From a virus (Duplodnaviria; Heunggongvirae; Uroviricota; Caudoviricetes), in IMG/VR virus record IMGVR_UViG_2531839130_000012: a stretch of 35,037 nt of DNA, one strand, 5' to 3'. The notes beneath the pieces are model-generated. The model did no database searches and was not told where the DNA came from. It saw only the letters and a list, made by a program, of their open reading frames with translations. Of this stretch, positions 1-8,840 are shown one piece after another; within the stretch, counting starts at the first letter, position 1; the number at the start of each line of letters is the position of its first letter. A program made the translations under genes and the position numbers.

Positions 1-1032
1 TCAAAAACTTGCTATTGATGTTGGTAGTGTTGCCAGCGGATTAAACCGTAATGCAGTTTCCAGGTGATCCGGTGCTAGATGTGCGTAACGCATAGTCATT
101 TTTATGTCGTGATGTCCGAGGATTTTTTGCAAAGCAAGGATATTTCCACCCGACATCATAAAATGCGCCGCAAACGTATGGCGCAGAACGTGTGTCAGTT
201 GACCGCGAGGGAGCACGATAGACGTTTTTTCCATCACGGATAAAAATTGAAAATAGCAGTCTGTGAAGAAATTGAACCCATCGAGCGCCATGATCTCTTC
301 GTAAAGCTCTTTACTGATAGGGATGCTTCTGTTTTTCTTCCCCTTCGTTCTGACAAAGGTAATTCGGTATTTGGTCACCTGTGAGCGGGTAAGGTTTATT
401 GCTTCTCGCCAGCGTGCGCCTGTGCTTAAGCATATCTTGACTACCAGTGCCAGAATTGGGTCCTGACGTTTGCAATCATCCAGCAGTTCAACAATCTGCT
501 CATGGGTAAGCCATGCCATCTCTTTTTCTGCGATGGTGAATTTTCGCATGTTCTCCAGTGGGTTTGGATACGACCATTCGCCCAGGCGGGATAGTTCGCT
601 AAAAACACTACTTAGATAGCTTTGCTCCAGGTTAATGGTGACCGGGCTGGCCCCTTTCTTCCATTTCTCGCTGAAGTAGATCTCACCTGTCAGTCGTTTA
701 TCTCGATAATGGGCAAACATTTTAGATGTGAGATCGGTTGCAAGGGGATTGCCCAGAGCGTCAACCATCAGCAGCAATTTGTCATAGACATGCTGCCCAG
801 CAGTCAGAGATTTACCATGTAGTTTGAACCATAGCTCAACCACGTCTTTCAGGGTTCGACGATCTACTGATTCGCCCAGCCAGGGCTTTGCTTCGGTTTC
901 TTCCATCGTGTGACGCTCAAAAGCCAGTGCTTCGCCTTTGGTGGCGAATTGTTTACGCACACGACGCCCACTACGTCCGGCGGGGTAACATTCGCAAAGC
1001 CATTTTCCTGTGGTGAGTTTTCGTACTGCCAT
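1..1032 (-). CDS. int: Tyrosine integrase (P2/186 family)
   Basis: C-terminal catalytic region with HVLRHTFAAHFMM (HxxR box) and MTMRYAHLAP (catalytic Tyr); start at internal MAVRK Met preceded by GGAGGG Shine-Dalgarno on the minus strand; stop codon is bases 1-3. Confidence 0.9.
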   Translation of the reverse strand: MAVRKLTTGKWLCECYPAGRSGRRVRKQFATKGEALAFERHTMEETEAKPWLGESVDRRTLKDVVELWFKLHGKSLTAGQHVYDKLLLMVDALGNPLATDLTSKMFAHYRDKRLTGEIYFSEKWKKGASPVTINLEQSYLSSVFSELSRLGEWSYPNPLENMRKFTIAEKEMAWLTHEQIVELLDDCKRQDPILALVVKICLSTGARWREAINLTRSQVTKYRITFVRTKGKKNRSIPISKELYEEIMALDGFNFFTDCYFQFLSVMEKTSIVLPRGQLTHVLRHTFAAHFMMSGGNILALQKILGHHDIKMTMRYAHLAPDHLETALRFNPLATLPTSIASF

Positions 1033-1218
1033 AAAAAATGCCCTCCAATAGAGAGCATTTTTACTGTATGTATAACCAGTGTCAATGTATGAAATCTTGC
1101 GACCATACATCTCACTGAAGCCATAATGAAGTTGGCTATTTTTTGCTATGTGAGTATGTGACTTTTGCGGTTAGCCTGCGGCTCATTGTTATATTAGGCG
1201 CAGATATAAAAGCAAAAA

Positions 1219-1410
1219 TTATCGCGAGTTTTTAGTACAGATTTTTTTTGATTTACTAATAGTTCCATCATTGCAAACGAACTTTCCATCGGAGGTACAG
1301 TGAGAGACACCTCCCTTTTTCCCAGAACAAGGATAATTTTTAGCATAGGTAGTTAGTGGGTTTAATAACAAAGAGCATGATAAAACCACAAAAAATACCT
1401 TACCAAGCAT
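1219..1410 (-). CDS. Small secreted Cys-rich protein (63 aa; predicted signal peptide, 4 Cys in ~40-aa basic mature part), function unknown
   Basis: ORF directly downstream of cI on the same strand; strong GGGAGGA Shine-Dalgarno 5 nt before the ATG (plus-strand tttcctccc at 1413-1421); hydrophobic N-terminus [16 protein letters not shown]; AT-rich. Confidence 0.4.
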   Translation of the reverse strand: MLGKVFFVVLSCSLLLNPLTTYAKNYPCSGKKGGVSHCTSDGKFVCNDGTISKSKKICTKNSR

Positions 1411-1425
1411 AGTTTCCTCCCGGTA

Positions 1426-1995
1426 TTACCTAACGTACTTAATTGTTAAACTTATAATTTTTCCAATTATTTCAACATCTTCTATCTTGCACTCGAAGGA
1501 TCTGTTTCCACCTTCAACGAAGATTCTTCCACCGGGTAAACGAGTAATGTCGCGGATTGTTATTTCGCCATCAATACTTATTACCCATTTACCATCACGT
1601 ATATCATCAAATTCTTTATCACAAATAAATTCAGAATTGTTATCTGTGATGACAAAAGGTTTTTTAAACGTAGAGGGTAGAAATCCCTTATCAAAAATAT
1701 AAAAACCGTCTTCACGCAAGGCACCATCAGATAATACATATTTAGCAACTTCCATCGTATTTGTATTACCTGAAGTTTGCTTTGAACCATGTCCAGTTGT
1801 GAGCCAATTAAGCGAGGTGCCCGTTTCAAGGGCGCACTGGATTACCCATTCTGCTGGGAATGAGTCACGCATGTAGCGTGTAGCGAGTGTACTTTTAGAG
1901 ATTCCTAAATGATCGCACAACGCCTGTCGAGTTTTGAATCCATAAGCTTCTACCATGCGCTCTATAGCGCCTCGTCCGCCTTTCTCCAAATTCAT
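1426..1995 (-). CDS. cI: Phage 186 CI-type immunity repressor
   Basis: About 190 aa; N-terminal HTH region (AYGF...LCDHLGISKSTLATRY) and C-terminal domain resembling 186 CI; divergent from the Apl/cII operon; ATG at 1995 preceded by GGAG (the 1999-2001 GTG is the alternative start). Confidence 0.8.
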   Translation of the reverse strand: MNLEKGGRGAIERMVEAYGFKTRQALCDHLGISKSTLATRYMRDSFPAEWVIQCALETGTSLNWLTTGHGSKQTSGNTNTMEVAKYVLSDGALREDGFYIFDKGFLPSTFKKPFVITDNNSEFICDKEFDDIRDGKWVISIDGEITIRDITRLPGGRIFVEGGNRSFECKIEDVEIIGKIISLTIKYVR

Positions 1996-2019
1996 GGTCA
2001 CTCCAAGTGAACTTTTATC

Positions 2020-2048
2020 TTGACGATTTCATAGTGCGATCGTATGTT
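2020..2048 (+). promoter_or_regulatory. Candidate rightward lytic promoter (pR-like): -35 TTGACG 2020-2025, 17-nt spacer, -10 TATGTT 2043-2048
   Basis: Sigma70-like hexamers with optimal spacing in the cI/apl divergent intergenic region, about 70 nt upstream of the apl-like start. Confidence 0.4.
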
Positions 2049-2120
2049 TATGGAGTTCACAAAATACAAACGATCCGTATTCGTCCTGATTAATCATCAT
2101 TAAACGAGGAATGTTGCATC

Positions 2121-2342
2121 ATGAGACCTAACATTTCAATCACTCTTACCACGCCTCATGTGACTATTGAACGCTATAGCGAGCTGACAGGACTGTCCAT
2201 CGATACCATCAATGACATGTTGGCTGATGGACGCCTTATCCGTCACCGTTTGCGCAAAGATAAAAAACGCGAAAAAGTGATGATCAACATAGCAGCCATG
2301 ACCGTTGATGCGCTTTCAGAATGCAATCTAAACCTTAATTAG
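2121..2342 (+). CDS. apl: Apl/Cox-like excisionase and transcriptional regulator (73 aa)
   Basis: First gene of the rightward operon divergent from cI; small basic HTH-like protein ([13 protein letters not shown]...); position matches 186 apl / P2 cox. Confidence 0.55.
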   Translation: MRPNISITLTTPHVTIERYSELTGLSIDTINDMLADGRLIRHRLRKDKKREKVMINIAAMTVDALSECNLNLN

Positions 2343-2368
2343 TTCGATTCTGAAATACATCAGAGGCA

Positions 2369-2884
2369 TTGACCATGTTTGATTACCAAGTTTCCAAACA
2401 TCCACATTTTGATGAAGCCTGTCGTGCATTTGCACTGCGCCACAATCTGGTGCAACTGGCAGAACGTGCAGGCATGAATGTGCAGATTCTGCGGAACAAG
2501 CTGAACCCAGCTCAGCCTCATTTATTAACCGCACCAGAAATCTGGCTGCTTACCGATCTGACTGAAGATTCAACGCTGGTAGATGGTTTTCTGGCACAGA
2601 TTCACTGCCTGCCATGTGTACCGATTAATGAGGTTGCAAAAGAGAAACTGCCGCATTACGTCATGAGCGCAACTGCAGAGATCGGACGTGTTGCAGCAGG
2701 TGCGGTATCTGGTGATGTAAAAACTAGTGCCGGTCGTCGTGATGCTATCAGCAGCATTAACTCTGTAACACGACTGATGGCGCTGGCTGCTGTTTCATTG
2801 CAGGCCCGTTTACAGGCTAATCCTGCGATGGCGAGTGCAGTTGATACCGTGACTGGCCTCGGTGCTTCATTCGGTTTGCTGTGA
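2369..2884 (+). CDS. cII: 186 CII-type lysogeny-establishment activator
   Basis: 171 aa starting [22 protein letters not shown]..., resembling 186 CII; second gene of the rightward operon. Confidence 0.7.
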   Translation: MTMFDYQVSKHPHFDEACRAFALRHNLVQLAERAGMNVQILRNKLNPAQPHLLTAPEIWLLTDLTEDSTLVDGFLAQIHCLPCVPINEVAKEKLPHYVMSATAEIGRVAAGAVSGDVKTSAGRRDAISSINSVTRLMALAAVSLQARLQANPAMASAVDTVTGLGASFGLL

Positions 2885-2891
2885 GGTGCTT

Positions 2892-3092
2892 ATGCTGACG
2901 AAAGAACCATCATTTGCATCGCTGCTGGTAAAACAAAGCCCGGCAATGCACTACGGTCACGGCTGGATCATGGGTGAGGATGGTAAACGCTGGCATCCGT
3001 GCCGTTCACAAGATGAATTGCTGGCAGAACTATCTACGAAAAAACGGGGGAACAAATGGCTATTGAAGGCGCTGCGGCGACTGTTCCATTAA
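2892..3092 (+). CDS. Small early protein of unknown function (186 fil position)
   Basis: ORF overlapping the cII stop; GAGGTG Shine-Dalgarno before ATG 2892; synteny only. Confidence 0.4.
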   Translation: MLTKEPSFASLLVKQSPAMHYGHGWIMGEDGKRWHPCRSQDELLAELSTKKRGNKWLLKALRRLFH

Positions 3093-3397
3093 GCCCCGGT
3101 GAACGCCTGAATGGACTTAATCACATAGCGGAATTAAGGGCAAAAGTTTTTGGCCTGAATATTGAGTCAGAGCTTGAGCGGTTTATTAAAGATATGCGTG
3201 ATCCACGGGATATCAATAACGAACAAAATAAACGAGCACTGGCAGCCATATTCTTTATGGCAAAAATTCCGGCTGAACGTCATAGCATCAGCATCAATGA
3301 GCTGACCACTGACGAAAAGCGGGAGTTGATTAAAGCAATGAATCATTTTCGTGCAGTGGTGAGCTTATTTCCCAGACGGCTAACCATGCCGAATTAA
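3056..3397 (+). CDS. Early protein of unknown function (113 aa)
   Basis: ORF in the early operon; assigned by synteny only. Confidence 0.4.
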   Translation: MAIEGAAATVPLSPGERLNGLNHIAELRAKVFGLNIESELERFIKDMRDPRDINNEQNKRALAAIFFMAKIPAERHSISINELTTDEKRELIKAMNHFRAVVSLFPRRLTMPN

Positions 3398-3464
3398 CCA
3401 ACTAATGAAATTAATGGCGTAAACCCGCCGAGCATCCCTTTATCTAAATTCAGGAGAATTGATT

Positions 3465-3698
3465 ATGCGTAATATTGAGATCCTCACGACTAAAACCGGA
3501 TCGGATGATGCAGGGCTTAATATTTTACTGACAGTGGCTCGTCTGGAAGAACGCCGGGCAAGGGCTGAAGCAATGGCAGCTCGCCTTGATAGCCTGGCGT
3601 GTCATATCTCATCCCGTCAGCTAAACCACGTGGAAGCAGCAGAACTACTGCGTGTAACTGCTGAAGCAATCCAGAACGAAGCGCAGGAGATCCACTAA
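3465..3698 (+). CDS. Early protein of unknown function (77 aa)
   Basis: AGGAG Shine-Dalgarno 8 nt upstream of ATG 3465; the ORF track start at 3459 is a TTG. Confidence 0.45.
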   Translation: MRNIEILTTKTGSDDAGLNILLTVARLEERRARAEAMAARLDSLACHISSRQLNHVEAAELLRVTAEAIQNEAQEIH

Positions 3699-3925
3699 TG
3701 GCTGATGCAATGGATCTCGTACAGCAGCGCGTTGAAGAAGAACGCCAGCGCCATATTCGTGCTGCCCGTGCCAAAACACCGGGCGTGTCTCGCGTGCTTT
3801 GTATTGAATGTGAAGCGCCAATTCCGCCAGCACGACGCCGCGCCATTCCGGGAGTGCAGCTTTGCATTACCTGCCAGGAAATCGCAGAGCTGAAAGGCAA
3901 ACATTACAACGGAGGTGCTGTATGA
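3698..3925 (+). CDS. TraR/DksA-family C4 zinc-finger protein
   Basis: CIECEAPIP...CITC four-cysteine motif in a 75-aa protein; translationally coupled to the downstream gene (ATGA overlap). Confidence 0.65.
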   Translation: MADAMDLVQQRVEEERQRHIRAARAKTPGVSRVLCIECEAPIPPARRRAIPGVQLCITCQEIAELKGKHYNGGAV

Positions 3926-4779
3926 GCACCATCCTGAAATGGGCGGGAAATAAAACCGCCATTATGTCCGAACTGAAAAAACACCTTCCTGCTGGCCCGC
4001 GACTGGTTGAACCTTTCGCGGGTTCCTGTGCTGTGATGATGGAGACGGATTACCCCAGCTATCTGGTTGCGGATATTAATCCTGATTTAATCAACCTCTA
4101 TAAAAAGGTTGCCGCTGATTGTGAATCGTTTATATCTCGCGCCAGAGTTTTATTTGAGATCGCAAACAGGGAGGTGGCTTATTACAACATAAGGCAGGAG
4201 TTTAATTACTCCACTGAAATTACTGATTTCATGAAAGCGGTATATTTCCTGTATCTCAATCGTCACGGTTACCGTGGTTTATGTCGCTATAACAAGAGCG
4301 GGCATTTCAACATTCCCTACGGTAATTATAAAAATCCGTATTTCCCTGAAAAAGAAATTCGCGCATTTGCAGAAAAGGCCCAGCGAGCAACGTTTATCTG
4401 CGCCAGCTTTGATGAAACGCTGGCGATGTTGAAGGCGGGGGATGTGGTGTATTGCGATCCGCCGTATGACGGTACGTTTTCCGGCTATCACACTGACGGC
4501 TTCACTGAAGATGACCAGTATCACCTGGCATCTGTTCTTGAACATCGGTCATCAGAAGGACATCCAGTCATTGTTTCTAACAGTGACACATCCCTGATCC
4601 GTTCGCTGTATCGCAATTTTACTCACCACTACATCAAGGCAAAACGCAGCATCGGTGTGGCAGCTGGCGAGGGTAAATCAGCAACAGAAATCATTGCTGT
4701 TTCCGGGCCGCGCTGCTGGGTGGGATTTGATTATTCGCGTGGCGTGGATAGTTCTGCCGTGTACGGAGTACGTGCATGA
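3922..4779 (+). CDS. dam: DNA N6-adenine methyltransferase, Dam family
   Basis: Motif [10 protein letters not shown] and motif IV DPPY ([10 protein letters not shown]); starts [11 protein letters not shown]; GGAGG Shine-Dalgarno; stop overlaps the gene A start. Confidence 0.85.
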   Translation: MSTILKWAGNKTAIMSELKKHLPAGPRLVEPFAGSCAVMMETDYPSYLVADINPDLINLYKKVAADCESFISRARVLFEIANREVAYYNIRQEFNYSTEITDFMKAVYFLYLNRHGYRGLCRYNKSGHFNIPYGNYKNPYFPEKEIRAFAEKAQRATFICASFDETLAMLKAGDVVYCDPPYDGTFSGYHTDGFTEDDQYHLASVLEHRSSEGHPVIVSNSDTSLIRSLYRNFTHHYIKAKRSIGVAAGEGKSATEIIAVSGPRCWVGFDYSRGVDSSAVYGVRA

Positions 4780-7190
4780 GTCATGCCGATATGAACAACT
4801 GCTGCGGCTTTAACGAGGCTGCCGCAGCATTCTCATGGAACAGCCCGAAAAAGGCCATTAACCCTTATCTGGACCCGGCGGAAGTTGCGCCGGTTTCTAC
4901 GCTTTCAAACCTGATCACTCTGTACGCTGCCGATAACGAGCAGGAACAGTTGCGCCGCGAGGCACTGAGTGATCAGGTCTGGGAGCGTTATTTCTTTAAT
5001 GAATCACGTGATCCTGTCCAGCGCGAAATGGAGCAGGATAAGCTCATTAGCCGGGCAAAGCTGGCGCATGAGCAGCAGCGTTTTAATTCAGACATGGTCA
5101 TTCTGGCGGACGTCAACGCCCAGCCTTCCCATATCAGCAAGCCGCTGATGCAACGTATTGAATACTTCAGCAGCCTGGGCAGGCCAAAGGCTTATTCCCG
5201 CTATTTACGTGAGACGATTAAGCCATGTCTGGAACGACTGGAGCATGTACGCGACAGTCAGCTATCTGCATCTTTTCGCTTTATGGCAAGCCATGAAGGG
5301 CTGGACGGCCTGCTGATCCTGCCTGAAATGAGTCAGGATCAGGTGAAACGCCTGTCCACCCTAGTAGCTGCGCATATGAGTATGTGCCTTGATGCAGCTT
5401 GTGGTGATTTGTATGCCACCGATGACGTTAAGCCAGAAGAAATCCGCAAGACATGGGAAAAGGTGGCAGCGGAAACCCTGCGTCTGGATGTCATCCCACC
5501 TGCGTTTGAGCAACTCCGTCGGAAAAGAAACCGCCGTAAACCCGTGCCCTATGAACTCATTCCGGGTTCGCTGGCGCGTATGTTGTGCGCCGACTGGTGG
5601 TATCGGAAATTATGGAAGATGCGTTGCGAATGGCGGGAAGAGCAGTTGCGCGCTGTTTGCCTGGTCAGCAAAAAAGCATCTCCTTATGTCAGCTATGAAG
5701 CCGTGATGCATAAACGTGAGCAGCGCCGTAAGTCGCTGGAGTTTTTCCGTTCTCATGAACTGGTGAACGAAGACGGCGACACGCTGGACATGGAGGATGT
5801 GGTAAACGCCAGCAGCAGCAACCCTGCGCATCGCCGCAATGAGATGATGGCCTGTGTTAAAGGTCTGGAGCTTATCGCGGAAATGCGCGGTGACTGCGCC
5901 GTTTTCTACACTATCACCTGTCCGTCGCGTTTCCATTCCACGCTAAATAACGGCAGACCAAACCCGACCTGGACAAACGCGACGGTAAGACAAAGCAGCG
6001 ATTATCTGGTCGGCATGTTTGCTGCATTTCGTAAGGCGATGCACAAAGCCGGGTTGCGCTGGTATGGCGTGCGGGTGGCTGAGCCGCATCATGATGGCAC
6101 AGTTCACTGGCACCTGTTGTGTTTCATGCGCAAAAAAGACCGCCGTGCCATCACTGCATTACTGCGTAAGTTTGCCATCCGTGAAGACCGCGAGGAGCTG
6201 GGCAATAACACTGGGCCGCGCTTTAAGTCTGAGTTGATTAACCCGCGCAAAGGAACGCCGACAAGCTATATCGCGAAATATATCAGTAAGAACATTGACG
6301 GTCGTGGTCTGGCTGGCGAGATCAGCAAGGAAACGGGTAAATCTCTGCGTGATAACGCTGAATACGTGAATGCCTGGGCGTCTCTGCATCGTGTTCAGCA
6401 ATTCCGCTTCTTTGGTATTCCGGGGCGTCAGGCTTACCGTGAACTTCGCTTGCTGGCTGGTCAGGCGGCAAGGCAACAGGGTGACAAAAAAGCAGGTGCG
6501 CCGGTACTGGATAACCCGCGTCTTGATGCCATTCTGGCTGCTGCTGATGCTGGTTGTTTTGCCACCTACATCATGAAGCAGGGCGGCGTACTGGTTCCCC
6601 GTAAATATCACCTCATCAGAACCGCTTATGAAATCAACGAAGAGCCGACCGCCTATGGCGATCACGGCATTCGTATTTATGGCATCTGGTCACCCATTGC
6701 AGAGGGCAAGATCTGCACTCATGCAGTGAAGTGGAAAATGGTTCGTAAAGCCGTTGACGTTCAGGAGGCGGCAGCCGACCAGGGCGCTTGCGCCCCTTGG
6801 ACTCGTGGCAATAACTGTCCCCTTGCTGAAAATTTGAACCAACAGGAGAAAGATAAATCAGCTGATGGGGACCCCAGAACGGACATTACCCGCATGGATG
6901 ACAAGGTGTTGCACGATTACCTGCACAGTATGAACAAAAAGGAGCGCCGGGAACTGGCTGCAAGGTTACGCCTGGTGAAACCGAAATGGCGTAGAGACTA
7001 CAAACAGCGAATTACAGACCATCAACGACAGCAGCTCGTCTATGAACTGAAGTCCAGAGGATTTGATGGCAGCGAGAAAGAGGTCGATTTACTCCTTCGC
7101 GGCGGCAGTATTCCGTCAGGAGCAGGCCTGCGTATCTTCTATCGGAACCAGCGTTTGCAGGAAGATGATAAGTGGCGGAACCTGTATTAA
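4776..7190 (+). CDS. A: Replication initiation endonuclease A (rolling-circle initiator, P2 gpA family)
   Basis: 804 aa; HUH-like VHWHLL motif and paired-tyrosine [10 protein letters not shown] motif; position after the early operon. Confidence 0.9.
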   Translation: MSHADMNNCCGFNEAAAAFSWNSPKKAINPYLDPAEVAPVSTLSNLITLYAADNEQEQLRREALSDQVWERYFFNESRDPVQREMEQDKLISRAKLAHEQQRFNSDMVILADVNAQPSHISKPLMQRIEYFSSLGRPKAYSRYLRETIKPCLERLEHVRDSQLSASFRFMASHEGLDGLLILPEMSQDQVKRLSTLVAAHMSMCLDAACGDLYATDDVKPEEIRKTWEKVAAETLRLDVIPPAFEQLRRKRNRRKPVPYELIPGSLARMLCADWWYRKLWKMRCEWREEQLRAVCLVSKKASPYVSYEAVMHKREQRRKSLEFFRSHELVNEDGDTLDMEDVVNASSSNPAHRRNEMMACVKGLELIAEMRGDCAVFYTITCPSRFHSTLNNGRPNPTWTNATVRQSSDYLVGMFAAFRKAMHKAGLRWYGVRVAEPHHDGTVHWHLLCFMRKKDRRAITALLRKFAIREDREELGNNTGPRFKSELINPRKGTPTSYIAKYISKNIDGRGLAGEISKETGKSLRDNAEYVNAWASLHRVQQFRFFGIPGRQAYRELRLLAGQAARQQGDKKAGAPVLDNPRLDAILAAADAGCFATYIMKQGGVLVPRKYHLIRTAYEINEEPTAYGDHGIRIYGIWSPIAEGKICTHAVKWKMVRKAVDVQEAAADQGACAPWTRGNNCPLAENLNQQEKDKSADGDPRTDITRMDDKVLHDYLHSMNKKERRELAARLRLVKPKWRRDYKQRITDHQRQQLVYELKSRGFDGSEKEVDLLLRGGSIPSGAGLRIFYRNQRLQEDDKWRNLY

Positions 7191-7259
7191 TTACGCTGGT
7201 TAACAATTCGTGCTCTTAATAATACCAGGCATATCAGGCTGATAAGCGTAAAAAAACGT

Positions 7260-7302
7260 TTTACATCAGTAAGATTATTATATACTGTAAACATAAACAG
7301 TG
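7260..7302 (+). promoter_or_regulatory. SOS promoter: -35 TTTACA (7260-7265), -10 TATACT (7281-7286), overlapping LexA box TACTGTAAACATAAACAGTG (7283-7302)
   Basis: CTGT-N8-ACAG core with 16/20 match to the LexA consensus TACTGTATATATATACAGTA, placed over the -10/+1 region about 45 nt upstream of the next ATG. Confidence 0.6.
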
Positions 7303-7343
7303 GTTATACATACAGTATTGCGTGTGGTGTCATAGGAGGAAAG

Positions 7344-7532
7344 ATGCAGGACTATTTTTTGGAGTCTTTGAAGCTCCAGCGCATTGATTTTTTTCTTAAG
7401 CTTGTAGCGGCTAGTGAGTGTAGTGATGAAGAGAAGGGGCTGGCTCTGCAGTGGGTTTCTGAATTGACTGATGAACTCATGGCAAAAATCAGAAGCCACG
7501 AATACAACCGCTCAATGGATGTCATCAACTGA
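7344..7532 (+). CDS. Small SOS-regulated protein (62 aa), possible Tum-like antirepressor N-terminal module
   Basis: Strong TAGGAGGA Shine-Dalgarno before ATG 7344; first ORF after the LexA box; same position as the 186 tum operon. Confidence 0.45.
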   Translation: MQDYFLESLKLQRIDFFLKLVAASECSDEEKGLALQWVSELTDELMAKIRSHEYNRSMDVIN

Positions 7533-7542
7533 GGTGACTTTT

Positions 7543-7776
7543 ATGCGCATTGAAATAATGATCGATAAAGAGCAGAAGATTAGCCAGTCTACCCTGGACG
7601 CCCTTGAATCCGAGCTTTACCGCAATCTGCGCCCCCTGTATCCCAAAACGGTAATCCGTATCCGTAAAGGTAGCTCTAACGGTGTGGAACTGACCGGACT
7701 GCAACTGGACGAAGAAAGAAAACAAGTGATGAAAATTATGCAGAAGGTGTGGGAAGACGACAGCTGGCTGCATTGA
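7543..7776 (+). CDS. DinI-family protein
   Basis: MRIEIMIDK...LDALESELYRNL...YP...KQVMKIMQKVWEDDSW aligns along its length with E. coli DinI (MRIEV..., ...WESADDW); GAGG Shine-Dalgarno before ATG 7543. Confidence 0.75.
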   Translation: MRIEIMIDKEQKISQSTLDALESELYRNLRPLYPKTVIRIRKGSSNGVELTGLQLDEERKQVMKIMQKVWEDDSWLH

Positions 7777-7830
7777 TTTTGTCAATAGACGCTTGTTTTT
7801 ACTAATCAAAAAGGGTTACATATGAGTGAG

Positions 7831-7863
7831 AGGCGATGTCAATCAGATATCGCCTTGTTTTTT
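7831..7863 (+). terminator. Rho-independent terminator-like hairpin (AGGCGAT / ATCGCCT) followed by TTGTTTTTT
   Basis: Read directly from the sequence downstream of the DinI-like gene. Confidence 0.45.
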
Positions 7864-7889
7864 GTCAAGAAAAGAATAATAGGCTAAAA

Positions 7890-8567
7890 ATGAAAATTAA
7901 TAACGTAGCGTTACCAATATCTCTGGCTGTAATCCTAACTGGTTGCGTGCCACATGCTTCTAACCGAAATATCACTGCTATTGAAGTGGTGAAGCCTGCT
8001 ATTGGGCAAAGTGCTACCGCCTACATGGGCGATCCCATTATCACATCTGCTACTGGATTTAAAACGGACGTACTAGAACTTGGTGCGGCTAATGGTGCAT
8101 TGTCTTCTATCGCTGCTGGTACATATTGCAGTGAGGGGAATGGAATTTACCGCAATTATCATAACCCTCAAGCTGTTGCGTTAAAAAATCTCTATGGGCA
8201 AATCGGTAACTATGTTGATTATGTTAGTTACGATGCTGCAAAAAATGAGATATCACCGCCAAATGGTACTTCTTATACTGCATCAGAAATTTCTATCAAA
8301 CGTGTTCCTGATGGGCTGTGTCGAGTTAGTAACTCATTGGTTAAGACTATCGAATACAATGGAAATGCAGGCGGTGTAATGAAGTTCACCTATCGTGAAT
8401 TTGCAAACGATATGGCTCGTGCAGCATTTACAACAGATTTTTCTGTAGATTCTAAGGGAAGTGACGTTATCGCTTACAAAGGTGCCAAGTTCAAAGTGAA
8501 CAAGGCTGATAACTCGTCTATTTCTTATACAATTATTTCTGGCTTTGACAAGACTGTCACGTTCTAG
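7890..8567 (+). CDS. Lipoprotein of unknown function (lipobox LTGC), cargo gene
   Basis: MKINNVALPISLAVILTGC signal with lipobox Cys; AT-rich; sits between the SOS operon and the cos-like site. Confidence 0.6.
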   Translation: MKINNVALPISLAVILTGCVPHASNRNITAIEVVKPAIGQSATAYMGDPIITSATGFKTDVLELGAANGALSSIAAGTYCSEGNGIYRNYHNPQAVALKNLYGQIGNYVDYVSYDAAKNEISPPNGTSYTASEISIKRVPDGLCRVSNSLVKTIEYNGNAGGVMKFTYREFANDMARAAFTTDFSVDSKGSDVIAYKGAKFKVNKADNSSISYTIISGFDKTVTF

Positions 8568-8671
8568 GTTTCACGCTTGCTGAGTATGTTACGATTTTGC
8601 ACATTCTGCATAAACGCGCATGTCTATGCTGCATGAGATCGCATGATCGTTTGAGGATCTTTTGTGTTAAG

Positions 8672-8698
8672 GCCCGCCAGTTCTGGCGGGCTTTTGCG
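8672..8698 (+). terminator. Rho-independent terminator (GCCCGCCAG ttc TGGCGGGC then TTTTG)
   Basis: Perfect GC-rich stem plus T-run downstream of the lipoprotein gene. Confidence 0.6.
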
Positions 8699-8740
8699 TA
8701 GATCATGCAGGTGCATGAAAACCACTACATAAAGCGGGCA

Positions 8741-8759
8741 GGCGTGGCGGGGATACGAG
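8741..8759. other. Candidate cos (cohesive-end) site, GGCGTGGCGGGGA...
   Basis: 13/13 identity to the start of the 19-nt P2/186 cohesive-end sequence as I recall it (GGCG[A/T]GGCGGGGAAAGCA...); location between gene A and the portal gene matches P2/186. Confidence 0.4.
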
Positions 8760-8840
8760 CGCGCGGATGAGTAATCTATACCATCATCTTGATAAAAGTA
8801 TTAAAAATGGTAAATTTAGCAAGCTACATATTAAAGGAAA

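Noticed and set aside
1033-1110. N-terminal extension of the integrase ORF (MYGRKISYIDTGYTYSKNALYWRAFF)
   Set aside because: No Shine-Dalgarno, whereas the internal Met at 1032 (MAVRK) has GGAGGG upstream and gives a normal-length integrase; the extension is most likely open frame by chance.
1291-1316. Hairpin GGAGGT...ACCTCC followed by a T-run on the plus strand, resembling a terminator
   Set aside because: It lies inside the minus-strand small ORF and no plus-strand transcript is expected to end here; on the minus strand it has no T-run. Treated as coincidental.
7836-7889. Upstream start (MSIRYRLVFCQEKNNRLK) for the lipoprotein ORF
   Set aside because: This extension overlaps the terminator hairpin at 7831-7863 and would bury the signal peptide; MKINN at 7890 gives a canonical lipoprotein signal.
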